Of a stretch of 32,000 nt of DNA, positions 10,333 to 18,524 are shown piece by piece. Each line of letters begins with the position of its first letter. Position 1 is the stretch's first letter. The notes under the pieces are model-generated. The model saw nothing but the letters and a program-made list of their open reading frames with translations, was not told where the DNA came from and did not search any database. Source of the stretch: Gemmata obscuriglobus (lineage in GTDB: Bacteria > Planctomycetota > Planctomycetia > Gemmatales > Gemmataceae); the NCBI RefSeq assembly GCF_008065095.1, contig NZ_CP042911.1:2610001-2642000 (forward strand), given 5' to 3'. Made by a program: the position numbers and the translations under genes.

Positions 10333-11037
10333 ATGGCAAACACGCACGAGCATCTCGAACACGCCGAACACGCCAGCCACCACGCGGCCGATCCGTTCAA
10401 CCAGCGGGTCGCGGTGAGCGTCGCGGTGGTCGCGGCGTTGCTCGCGGGGGTGAGCATGCTGGGGCACCGCAAACACAACGAGGTGCTCCAACTTCAAGGC
10501 GAGGCGAACCGCCTCACCACCGAAGCCAGCATCGCGCACACGCAGTCCACGGACAAGTGGAGCGAGTACCAGGCGGTGAACGTCCGCGACCACGGGTACG
10601 AGTTCACCGGCGGGCTGCTGAAAGAGGTGGCGAAGGTCGAGCCCAAGTACGGAGCGGCGTTCAAGGACTCGATCAAAAGGGCGGACGGCCAGCACGTGAA
10701 GTACACGGCGCGGTTGCCGGAGGTCAAAGCCGAGGCCGAAAAGCTCGCACACACGGGCCGCGGGAAGCAGACGGAGTCGCTTCGGAAAATGGACGAGGCG
10801 CACCACGCGCACCACCAGGCCAGCCGGCTCGACGTCGCGCACCTCGGGGCCGAGATCGGGATCGTGCTGTGCTCCCTCGCGCTGCTGACCAAGCGCAAGG
10901 CGTTCTGGTTCGCGGGCCTGAAGGCGGCGGCGCTGGCGGTCGTTCTCGTGGTCACCGCGTATACAATCCCGCACCACCCGACCGAACACCCCGACGCGCC
11001 GAACGGCGCCTCGACCGATCAAGGGAAGCCCCACTGA
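10333..11037 (+). CDS. DUF4337-like membrane protein with His-rich termini
   Basis: ATG at 10333 with GGAG 5 nt upstream; the listed ORF start at 10225 is an upstream extension. It has an N-terminal TM (VAVSVAVVAALLAGVSML), a long helical middle containing WSEYQAVN, and two C-terminal TM helices. Confidence 0.75.
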   Translation: MANTHEHLEHAEHASHHAADPFNQRVAVSVAVVAALLAGVSMLGHRKHNEVLQLQGEANRLTTEASIAHTQSTDKWSEYQAVNVRDHGYEFTGGLLKEVAKVEPKYGAAFKDSIKRADGQHVKYTARLPEVKAEAEKLAHTGRGKQTESLRKMDEAHHAHHQASRLDVAHLGAEIGIVLCSLALLTKRKAFWFAGLKAAALAVVLVVTAYTIPHHPTEHPDAPNGASTDQGKPH

Positions 11038-11117
11038 GCGCCGCGCCCGAACCCGTCGTTTCTTCCCGGTGGCGCCCGTGGCGGTCCGGCACTGCGGGCT
11101 GGGTTGTAACCGGCGCC

Positions 11118-12902
11118 GTGCTCATAGCGGGTGTGCCGCTGTTCCTTGTGATGCCGCCGTGGTGCGATGTCACGCTCTACCAGATGGCGGCCCGCAACGT
11201 ACTTCGGGGCGGCACCCACTACCGCGACATATTTGACACGAACCTGCCGGGGTTCGTGTGGCTGATGGCCGGGGCGAAGCTCCTGTTCGGTTGGAGCACC
11301 GGTGCGCTGCGGGCCGTGGACCTTATGGTGATCGCGGGCGCAACCGCCGCGCTGTGCCGGTTCGTGCGGCGCTGCGGGGGAACACGCTACACGGTCGCGT
11401 GGCTCGTAGCGGCGGTTGCCCTCTTCTACCCCTTCACGTCCGAGTTCAACCACATCCAGCGTGACCCGTGGATGCTGCTCCCGGCGACGCTGGCGGCGTG
11501 GCTGCGGTTCCGGCGGGTGCAGAATGGGACGAACGCCGCCCTGCTCGAAGGGTTCCTGTGGGGAGCGGCGTTGTGGCTCAAACCGCACATCGTCATTCCC
11601 GCGCTCGCGGTGTGGGCGGTGTCTGCGGTCCTGCTCGCGCGGCAGGAACCCCGGAGGAACGTACTGAGGGATTTGGCCGCGCTCGTTTGCGGCGGCGCGG
11701 TCGCGGGCGCACCTGGTGTCGTGTGGCTGGTCGCGACCGGGGCTTGGCCCCATTTTCTCGATATCTTTCTCAACTGGAACCCGGCGTACCTCGCGGACAA
11801 CGCGCCGCTCGCGGCGCGGATCGGCGGTCTGTTTGAAATGCACCGCCCGTGGGGCCTTCTGCACTTCGCGGCGCTGCCGCTCGCGCTCCTGGCGCTCTGG
11901 GAAGCCCGGGTCTGGTCGCGCACGCCCGGCCCGCCGGCCGGCGTGTTCCGCCCGAAACTCTGGTACACGCCCGCGGAGAGTGAGGGAGCGGCGGCGGCGC
12001 GCGCGATCCTGGCGGCCCTGTATCTCGGCTGGGCGGCTCAAGCCGTCGGGCTGCAAAAGAGCCTCGATTACGTGTACGTCCCGGTAACACTGCTCGCGTT
12101 CGCGGTTGTCGCGGCGCAGCGGTGGTGCTTCGGGTTCCTCTATCTCGTGTGGTTCGTCGCGGTCGGCGCGCTGCTGAACCTCGCCGACACGTACCCGAAC
12201 GACATTGCGCCGTGGGTCTATAAACTCGATCCCGCAGACGCCAAGGGGAAGTTCGAGAAGCACGCGCTCGCGGACGGCGAGATCATGAAGCTGTGGGGCC
12301 GGGCTCTCACCGAAGGGGACACGCCCGAGCTGCGCGACCGGATCGGGCAATACACGGGGGTCCACTGCGGCACCAACTGGGAAGACCTGACCAGCGTCGC
12401 GAGCCACCTGCGTGCCATTGAGCCGCCGCTCCGGGCCGGCGAACTGAACTGCTGGCACGACAGTACGCACCCGCTGTACCTGATGCTCGACCTCGACCCC
12501 GCGACGCGGTACATGCACTACGGCACCGCGTTCGACATCAAAGAGTTGGGACCCCTGTCACCCGGTCAGAAGACCAAACGGGAACAGATCGCCGACGCCG
12601 TACGCGCCAGCCGCCAACGGTACGTGGTCAGCGACCTGTTGCGCACGAACCAAGACCCGAGAGCGCCGTACCGGTCCGAGTCGTGGCGTAACGGTGATCC
12701 GCTCCCGGTGTGGCTCCCGGACCACGAGCGCCAGAAGTTCCCCTGGAACCAACCGGTCGTCTTCCGCTCAGGGCGCTACGTCGTTCACCGGATCGACCCC
12801 TCCGTTCCGCTCGGCGAGATCCGCGTACCCGACTGGAACTCTCTGGACGAACTGCTGATGCCACGGCCCCCAAAATTGGGCGGCATCAGCATCTTCCGCT
12901 AG
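11118..12902 (+). CDS. Polytopic membrane protein, GT-C-fold (ArnT/PMT-like) glycosyltransferase candidate with a soluble C-terminal domain; start uncertain
   Basis: It has at least 10 hydrophobic segments, and the first loop CDVTLYQMAARNVLRGG resembles the acidic-residue/Tyr loop of GT-C enzymes. The listed ORF (from 10272) overlaps the DUF4337-like gene out of frame. The first canonical starts are GTG 11118, 11133 and 11148 and ATG 11151, all inside predicted TM1 (see finding). Confidence 0.7.
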   Translation: MLIAGVPLFLVMPPWCDVTLYQMAARNVLRGGTHYRDIFDTNLPGFVWLMAGAKLLFGWSTGALRAVDLMVIAGATAALCRFVRRCGGTRYTVAWLVAAVALFYPFTSEFNHIQRDPWMLLPATLAAWLRFRRVQNGTNAALLEGFLWGAALWLKPHIVIPALAVWAVSAVLLARQEPRRNVLRDLAALVCGGAVAGAPGVVWLVATGAWPHFLDIFLNWNPAYLADNAPLAARIGGLFEMHRPWGLLHFAALPLALLALWEARVWSRTPGPPAGVFRPKLWYTPAESEGAAAARAILAALYLGWAAQAVGLQKSLDYVYVPVTLLAFAVVAAQRWCFGFLYLVWFVAVGALLNLADTYPNDIAPWVYKLDPADAKGKFEKHALADGEIMKLWGRALTEGDTPELRDRIGQYTGVHCGTNWEDLTSVASHLRAIEPPLRAGELNCWHDSTHPLYLMLDLDPATRYMHYGTAFDIKELGPLSPGQKTKREQIADAVRASRQRYVVSDLLRTNQDPRAPYRSESWRNGDPLPVWLPDHERQKFPWNQPVVFRSGRYVVHRIDPSVPLGEIRVPDWNSLDELLMPRPPKLGGISIFR

Positions 12903-13082
12903 CACCACCTTGGGGTCGAAGAGTCTGTCGCTGCGAGAGCGGATACCGGCCCGACTTGCACGGACACGCGGTTGGTGGCGGTGAGGTCGGACCGCTACCG
13001 TTCGTCCGGAAGTTGGCCAGTTCATCTCACCCGATCGGATTGGCAGACGCTGTCTCGCCCCGCGTGAACGGGCCGAAACAAA

Positions 13083-13670
13083 TCAGTGCCGCGCGGTCAC
13101 TTCGTGCGACAAACGCATCCCACGTAGCCGCCGGGCGAACACCGCGACGAGGCCGAAGCCCGCGAGCGCCAGCGAACCCGGCTCGGGGGTCGTCACCCCG
13201 GGCGTCACGTTGACTTGCAGTTCGCCGCCCGGCGCCCGGACGCTGTACGTGTTCCCGCCGAGCGTGAACGTGCTCGCGTTGGGCCACAGGTTCGACTCGT
13301 ACCCCTCATAGATCAGTTCGCGCTCGCCGTTGGCGCCGAGTGCGTACTCCTGGATGAAGTCCAGGTACAGTGGGAGCGAGCCCGAACAACCGGTCCGTTC
13401 ATCAATGATGGTGACCGTGGACGCTGACCGCCAGATGTCGGAGTGGTAGTAGCTGTTCGAGTCCGGGTCCAGGATCGGGGTCCCGTGCAGCATCGGGTCC
13501 GGGAGGAAGAAGTCGGACCAGTTGAGGTCCGTGAGCCCGCTCATCTCGCGGAGGACGGTGCCGTCGGGCGCTTCGGCGCGGTAGCCCCACTGAACCGGTC
13601 CGGCGTGGGCGAGGGCGGGGGCGCAGGTCAGGGCCGCAACGGTGAGAACTGCCCGGAAGGTGCGGAGCAT
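13083..13670 (-). CDS. Secreted PEP-CTERM sorting-domain protein
   Basis: ATG at 13670 with AAGGAGG 7 nt upstream. Signal peptide MLRTFRAVLTVAALTCAPALAHA. The C-terminal TPEPGSLALAGFGLVAVFARRLR is a PEP-CTERM motif plus TM plus basic cluster. Confidence 0.82.
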   Translation of the reverse strand: MLRTFRAVLTVAALTCAPALAHAGPVQWGYRAEAPDGTVLREMSGLTDLNWSDFFLPDPMLHGTPILDPDSNSYYHSDIWRSASTVTIIDERTGCSGSLPLYLDFIQEYALGANGERELIYEGYESNLWPNASTFTLGGNTYSVRAPGGELQVNVTPGVTTPEPGSLALAGFGLVAVFARRLRGMRLSHEVTARH

Positions 13671-13764
13671 AGCAGGGCCTCCTTGCCGCGGACGAACCGC
13701 GGGGCCAGAGGCTAGCCAATAATGGGAAACGCTACAATCCGAATTTGCGTGACCCTGCCGGAGG

Positions 13765-14772
13765 TCACACCAGCGTGACACGGCCCGCGGGGGCGCCGCG
13801 GTAGATCCGCGCGATCCGGTCGCGGGTGAGCCCGAGCACCTTGTCGAACCGGCTCAGTTTCAGTCCCTCAATGCCGGTGCCGTAATCGGCCATGTGGTAC
13901 AGCATCGACACGTCCGACCGCACCTCGCGGTCGATCTCGCGCCGCAAGAGCCACCGGAACAGCCGCAGCCCGCCCGCCGGGCCGGGGTACCGGGACTTGG
14001 CGAACGTCACGGAGAACACCCGGGTCGTTTTGTCGTCCTGCGGCACGAAGAAGATGTAGAGCCGCCACCGCACCATCGCCTCGCGGGCGCCGTCCGGGCT
14101 GGTCCACCAGTGGTCGAACACGGAGTGGACCGGCGAGAACCGGGTGGTCCAGTGGTCGTGGAACGTGTCCCCCTTGCGGATGCCCAGCAGCCACGCGAAC
14201 GCCCGGTTCAGCGTTTTCGTCGGGCCGGCGTTGGTCACCTTTACCATGTCGTCCGTGGATTCGAACGCGACCTTCACCTCGCTCAGCCGGTCGAGGTCGT
14301 AGCCGAACGTGTCGTGAACGGTGGCGCTGTGCTCGATCTCGTTAAAGTTGTCCACGGCCAGTTCCAGCGGGGCCGGGACGGTGTGTTCCAGCGTGCAGAT
14401 GGGGTAGAACCCGGGGGCTGTGACATCCGGGAACGGCGGCGCGCTGGTCCGCGACTTGATCCACACCAGCCCGTGTGCCTCACGGGCGTCGTAGCTGGCG
14501 GTGCAGGCGGTGAGCTTCGGCGCGGCCGGGCTCTCGCCGTTGCCGCAGTCGTCGAACGTCCACCCGTGGTACTTGCACTGCAACCGGTCGCCGACCACCT
14601 TGCCGACGCTCAACTTCAGCCGCCGGTGCGGGCACACGTCCGAGAGCGCCGCGACCTCGCCGCCCGACGTGCGGAACAGCGCGACGGGTTGGTTCGCGAC
14701 CACAACGCCGACCGGGTCGCGGCGCAGCCGGCGGCTCAGGAGCACCGGTTGCCAGTGGTCCAACATGCCCAT
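13765..14772 (-). CDS. Rieske [2Fe-2S] non-heme iron oxygenase (PaO/KshA-like alpha subunit)
   Basis: Rieske motif CPHRRLKLS..CKYHGWTF and mononuclear-iron motif DNFNEIEHSATVH. ATG 14772 (GAGGG 8 nt upstream) is preferred; ATG 14829 is the alternative. Confidence 0.85.
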   Translation of the reverse strand: MGMLDHWQPVLLSRRLRRDPVGVVVANQPVALFRTSGGEVAALSDVCPHRRLKLSVGKVVGDRLQCKYHGWTFDDCGNGESPAAPKLTACTASYDAREAHGLVWIKSRTSAPPFPDVTAPGFYPICTLEHTVPAPLELAVDNFNEIEHSATVHDTFGYDLDRLSEVKVAFESTDDMVKVTNAGPTKTLNRAFAWLLGIRKGDTFHDHWTTRFSPVHSVFDHWWTSPDGAREAMVRWRLYIFFVPQDDKTTRVFSVTFAKSRYPGPAGGLRLFRWLLRREIDREVRSDVSMLYHMADYGTGIEGLKLSRFDKVLGLTRDRIARIYRGAPAGRVTLV

Positions 14773-14867
14773 CCACGTGCCCTCTGCTAGAATACCCTTT
14801 AATCGGTCGTTCGCGGTGCGTGCGTGCATCCCAACTGCGCCGGTACTGCTATCTTATGTAGGTGCCC

Positions 14868-15470
14868 ATGTTTACGGGGCTGGTTCAGGCGCTCGGGACG
14901 GTGCGGGCGGTCACGGACGGGCAGGGCGGGCGCCGGCTAAGCGTCGCCGAACCCGCCCTCGCGCCGGGCCTGCGGATTGGCGACAGCGTCAGCGTGTGCG
15001 GGGCGTGCCTCACCGTTGTGTCGCGTGACGGCGCCGCGCTCGACTTCGAGGTCGGGCCGGAAACGCTGGCGAAAACCACCCTGGGCGGGCTGACCCCGGG
15101 CGACCGGGTGAACCTGGAAGGCGCCCTTCGGGTCGGGGACGCGCTCGGCGGGCACTTCGTCACCGGGCACGTCGATTGTGTCGGGCGGGTGCTCGAAGAG
15201 CGGGTGACCGGGGAGTGGCTCACCATTTGGTTCGGGTTCCCGGCGGAGTTCGGCGATCTGCTGGTGTCCAAGGGCTCGGTCGCGGTGGACGGCGTGAGCC
15301 TCACGGTGGTGGACGCCGAAGCCGACCGGCTGAGCGTGATGCTGATCCCGCACACCCGCACCCACACGACGCTGGGCTACAAGAAACCGGGCGACGCGGT
15401 GAACCTGGAGTTCGACCTGCTCGCCAAGCACGTGAAAAAACTGTTCGGCCGCATTAACCTCACGATTTAA
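14868..15470 (+). CDS. ribE: Riboflavin synthase (alpha chain)
   Basis: Canonical N-terminus MFTGLVQALGTV and the duplicated barrel motifs GDSVSVCGACLTV and KGSVAVDGVSLTV. ATG 14868 lies two codons inside the listed ORF. Confidence 0.94.
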   Translation: MFTGLVQALGTVRAVTDGQGGRRLSVAEPALAPGLRIGDSVSVCGACLTVVSRDGAALDFEVGPETLAKTTLGGLTPGDRVNLEGALRVGDALGGHFVTGHVDCVGRVLEERVTGEWLTIWFGFPAEFGDLLVSKGSVAVDGVSLTVVDAEADRLSVMLIPHTRTHTTLGYKKPGDAVNLEFDLLAKHVKKLFGRINLTI

Positions 15471-15481
15471 GGCCGCGCGAA

Positions 15482-15565
15482 GGCGGAAGAGCTTTGACGG
15501 GATCAACCGCCTGTGGTGGCGCTCCGAAGGCGTCCCGTGAGGCGGAAGACGCTTTGGCAGGATCA
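15482..15565 (+). repeat. Imperfect ~25-nt direct repeat in the ribE-rsmA intergenic region
   Basis: GGCGGAAGAGCTTTGACGGGATCA (15482-15505) versus GGCGGAAGACGCTTTGGCAGGATCA (15541-15565): 22 identical positions with one 1-nt indel. Confidence 0.6.
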
Positions 15566-15658
15566 GAAAACAAGCGCGGCGTTCGTTGCTGTATCTGGGC
15601 CTTGTCCGTCCTGTTAATCCTGACAACATTCTTCTCGACGCTCGCGTGCCGGAGACAC

Positions 15659-16591
15659 ATGTCCGAAACCCCGCAAGAACCGCTCCCCGTTCCCGCCGCG
15701 CCGGTCCCGCCGCCGCGTCAGACCCTGTCGTACCTGCACCGGCTGTTCGAGGCGCACGGCCTATCGCCCAAGAGCAAACTCGGTCAGAACTTCCTCATCG
15801 ATCTCAACCTGCTCGATCTGATCGTGCGCACCGCCGAACTCGACAAGAGCGACGCGGTGCTGGAGGTGGGCACCGGTACCGGGTCGCTGACTGCGAAACT
15901 CGCGGACCCCGCGGGTGTGGTGGTTACGGTCGAAGTCGACCGCTCGATTCAGCCCGTGGCAAAAGAGATCGTCGGCGGTCGCTCCAACGTGCGGTTCGTG
16001 TTCGGGGACGCGCTCGCGAAGAAGAGCGAACTGAACCCGGACATGCTTTCCACCTGGGACGCCGCCGCGAAAGAGGTCGGCTGCACACGCAAAAAGCTGG
16101 TCGCGAACCTCCCCTACGTCATCGCCACGCCACTCATCAGCAACCTGCTGATCGGGCACCCCGAAATCGAGCGGATGGTGGTGATGGTGCAGTGGGAGAT
16201 CGCGGAGCGGATGAAGGCGGTCCCCAACACGAAGGATTACAACGCCCTTTCGGTGCTGGTGCAGAGCGTGGCCGACGTGGAGACGGTGCGGAAGGTGGCG
16301 CCGACGAACTTCCACCCGCGGCCGAAGGTCGATTCCGCGATTGTGCTCATCAAGCCGAACGCCGAAAAGCGGGCGAAGGTCGGCGACGTGATGAAGTTCC
16401 GGATCTTCCTCCGCGACCTGTACGTTCACCGGCGGAAGAACTTGCGGCAGGCACTGGTCGGCTGGCCGACCGGGCCGCGCGAGAAGAAGGACGTGGACGC
16501 CAAACTTGCCGAACTCGGGATCGACGGCACCTTGCGCAGTGAGGCGCTGGACATCGAGCAGCACCTCCGACTGGCCGCAGTGTTTGGGTGA
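15659..16591 (+). CDS. rsmA: 16S rRNA (adenine1518/1519-N6)-dimethyltransferase
   Basis: Motifs LGQNFLIDLNLL, the SAM-binding VLEVGTGTGSLT, and NLPYVIATPLI. ATG 15659 follows GGAG; the listed ORF start at 15494 is an extension. Confidence 0.93.
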   Translation: MSETPQEPLPVPAAPVPPPRQTLSYLHRLFEAHGLSPKSKLGQNFLIDLNLLDLIVRTAELDKSDAVLEVGTGTGSLTAKLADPAGVVVTVEVDRSIQPVAKEIVGGRSNVRFVFGDALAKKSELNPDMLSTWDAAAKEVGCTRKKLVANLPYVIATPLISNLLIGHPEIERMVVMVQWEIAERMKAVPNTKDYNALSVLVQSVADVETVRKVAPTNFHPRPKVDSAIVLIKPNAEKRAKVGDVMKFRIFLRDLYVHRRKNLRQALVGWPTGPREKKDVDAKLAELGIDGTLRSEALDIEQHLRLAAVFG

Positions 16592-16596
16592 GATTG

Positions 16597-16653
16597 GAAC
16601 GCGTTGGGGCGGCGAAGCGAAGATCGCCTTCGCTTCGCCGCCCCAACGCGTTC
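16597..16653. terminator. 26-bp perfect hairpin between convergent genes (bidirectional terminator candidate)
   Basis: GAACGCGTTGGGGCGGCGAAGCGAAG (16597-16622) pairs perfectly with 16628-16653, with a 5-nt loop. It starts 6 nt after the rsmA stop and ends 19 nt before the stop of the minus-strand gene. Confidence 0.72.
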
Positions 16654-16671
16654 GGAACTCTGCACTTCTCG

Positions 16672-17634
16672 TTACCGCGAGACCACCTTGTAGTCCACGG
16701 TGTCGCGGTCGCCGATGCTGATCTTCTTGTGGTAGGCCGCTTTACCGGCTTCGCCCCCCACGTACAGGTACCACTCGCCGGCCGGGAGCCGCACGTCGAA
16801 CTCGCCGAACCCGTTCGCGGTGGTGTACTCCTTTTGCTCCGGCTTGTTGGCGTTCATGAACACCAGCTTCGCGTTCGCCCGCGGGGTGATGAGGTCGTTC
16901 TGCACCACCTCGCCGCGCACCGACACGACGCTGCTGCGGCTGACGGTCTTCTCGGGCCGGAACTTCGCCGTGCCCGACTTCGGGTTCGACGTGCCGGGGG
17001 TGCTCGGGAGGTCCGTCGGCGGGATCGCGTTGTCCGACCCGCCCGGCTTCGCCGGCATCACGCCCGGGTTGTTCTCGCGGAGCTGCTCGACGCTCGGGCC
17101 GGCCGGGGCGATCACCGGCGGCAGCGGGTAATAGCTCACGCTGGCCGGGGTCGGCGGGTAGTAGTAGCTCACCACCGGCTGCTGGTAGTTCACCTGCCGC
17201 AGCGAGGTGACCGGCACCAGCGAGGACCGCTCGACGTAGCTGGTCACCGCGTTGCACTGGCTGCGGAGCCGGTACGAGGTCGTCGGCGTGGACACCCGCT
17301 GCGGGCAGCCGGTGCACGGGTCGTAGTAGGTGCTGTACTTGTACTCGGTGACGGGCTCGTAGTAGTAGCTGGTGACGTTCTTCGTCACCGGCTCGTAGTA
17401 GCTCTTGCGGACGTACTCGGTAACGGGCTGGTAGTAGCTCCGCTGCACGTAGTTCACCCGCACTTCCGGCTGCGGGCAGGGGGGCGGGGGAGGCGCGTAG
17501 TAGCTGACGCGGGGCTTGTTACAGTCGTTGCAGCACACCTGGAACACGTTGTCCCAGGCGGCCTCGGAGCGGGCCGGGGTGCTGACGGCCCCAAGAGCGG
17601 CGAGCAGCAGCCCGGCACAGCGGGTCAGGTTCAT
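16672..17634 (-). CDS. Secreted protein with Tyr-Tyr/Pro-Val-Thr repeats and a C-terminal carboxypeptidase-regulatory-like beta-sandwich
   Basis: ATG at 17634 with GGAG 8 nt upstream. Signal peptide MNLTRCAGLLLAALGAVSTPARSEA. About 8 repeats of the type (S/K)YY(Q/E)PVT(E/K)xV. The C-terminus VRGEVV...ANGFGEFDVRLPAGEWYLYV resembles a CarboxypepD_reg fold. Confidence 0.8.
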   Translation of the reverse strand: MNLTRCAGLLLAALGAVSTPARSEAAWDNVFQVCCNDCNKPRVSYYAPPPPPCPQPEVRVNYVQRSYYQPVTEYVRKSYYEPVTKNVTSYYYEPVTEYKYSTYYDPCTGCPQRVSTPTTSYRLRSQCNAVTSYVERSSLVPVTSLRQVNYQQPVVSYYYPPTPASVSYYPLPPVIAPAGPSVEQLRENNPGVMPAKPGGSDNAIPPTDLPSTPGTSNPKSGTAKFRPEKTVSRSSVVSVRGEVVQNDLITPRANAKLVFMNANKPEQKEYTTANGFGEFDVRLPAGEWYLYVGGEAGKAAYHKKISIGDRDTVDYKVVSR

Positions 17635-17889
17635 GGTGCGATCTCCGGGTGTGTCCATCGCCTCGGGCGCGAGGCGCTGGGCGAACATCACACATTAGAC
17701 TAATTCGCCCCCCCTGGCACACAAACGGTTTCAGAAGATGGCACAATCCGGAGAGCTGCCCTCCGTCGTTACAGCCGGTAAAGTCGTTGCGTCTGGCCGT
17801 CTTTCGCTAACTTACAGTCAAAATGGGCAATGTAGACTGGGCGAAAATTGAATTGTAAAAAGTGGCCACAGCGGTTCGGAAATGGATGA

Positions 17890-17943
17890 GGTCCGGAAGG
17901 CATGAAGCCCCTCAATGTTGAGGGGCTTCATGCCTTCCGGACC
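17890..17943 (-). terminator. 26-bp perfect palindromic hairpin downstream of tpx
   Basis: GGTCCGGAAGGCATGAAGCCCCTCAA (17890-17915) pairs perfectly with 17918-17943. It begins 21 nt after the tpx stop on the minus strand. Confidence 0.7.
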
Positions 17944-17963
17944 TTACTACGCCCGACGCGCGG

Positions 17964-18479
17964 TTACTTCGCAGCCGCCTTGAGCGCTTCGATGGCCGCG
18001 TCGTAGTTCGGGTGGCTGGTCACTTCGGGAACGTACTCGGCGTAGGTGACTTTGCCGGCCGCATCGACCACGAACACGGCGCGGGTGAGGAGTTGCAGCG
18101 GCAGCCCGCTCTCGATCAGCACCCCCCAGTTCTTGCCGAACGAGTGGTTGTGGACGTCCGACACGGTCTTCATCGTGCTCACGCCCTCGGCGGTGCAGAA
18201 CCGCCCTTGCGCGAACGGCAGGTCGAGGCTCACCGTGTAGCACGCGACGCCGTCGCCCAGCGCCTTGATGCCCTCGTCAAACTTCTTGGTCTGCATGCTG
18301 CACACGCCGGTGTCCAGCGACGGCACCACGCTGAACAGCCGGGCCTTCGCCGGGGTGTCCGCGAGGGTGACCGCGCTGAGCCCTTGCAGCCCCTTGTAGT
18401 CCGGGGCGGTGTCGCCCGCCTTGAGTTCGTTGCCGGCCAGTTGAACCGGGTTTCCCTTGAACGTGACGGTGCGGGCCAT
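17964..18479 (-). CDS. tpx: Thiol peroxidase (atypical 2-Cys peroxiredoxin)
   Basis: Motifs TVTFKGNPVQLAG, the peroxidatic Cys in PSLDTGVCSMQTKKF, and the resolving Cys in RFCTAEG. ATG at 18479 with AGGAG 6 nt upstream. Confidence 0.95.
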   Translation of the reverse strand: MARTVTFKGNPVQLAGNELKAGDTAPDYKGLQGLSAVTLADTPAKARLFSVVPSLDTGVCSMQTKKFDEGIKALGDGVACYTVSLDLPFAQGRFCTAEGVSTMKTVSDVHNHSFGKNWGVLIESGLPLQLLTRAVFVVDAAGKVTYAEYVPEVTSHPNYDAAIEALKAAAK

Positions 18480-18507
18480 CGTGTGCTCCTGTTCGGTGTG
18501 TCGTGTT

Positions 18508-18524
18508 CGGTGTTCGGAACACCG
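18508..18524. promoter_or_regulatory. 17-bp perfect palindrome in the tpx upstream region (operator-like)
   Basis: CGGTGTTC G GAACACCG lies 29-45 nt upstream of the tpx ATG, embedded in further GTTCGGTGT copies (18491-18499, 18505-18513) and an inverted copy ACCGAACACC (18554-18563). Confidence 0.35.

Noticed and set aside
9184-12518. Long minus-strand ORFs 9184-11034 and 11019-12518, and the 10272-11117 upstream part of the 876-aa + ORF
   Set aside because: They overlap the fasciclin, BON, DUF4337-like and GT-C-like genes, which have SDs, signal/TM features and sensible composition. The shadow translations are Arg-rich and featureless.
16597-17943. The idea that the long perfect hairpins (also 7128-7175) are copies of a REP/MITE-like mobile repeat
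   Set aside because: The three stems share no sequence similarity, and they have no flanking target-site-like duplications that I could see. They are better explained as terminators or insulators.
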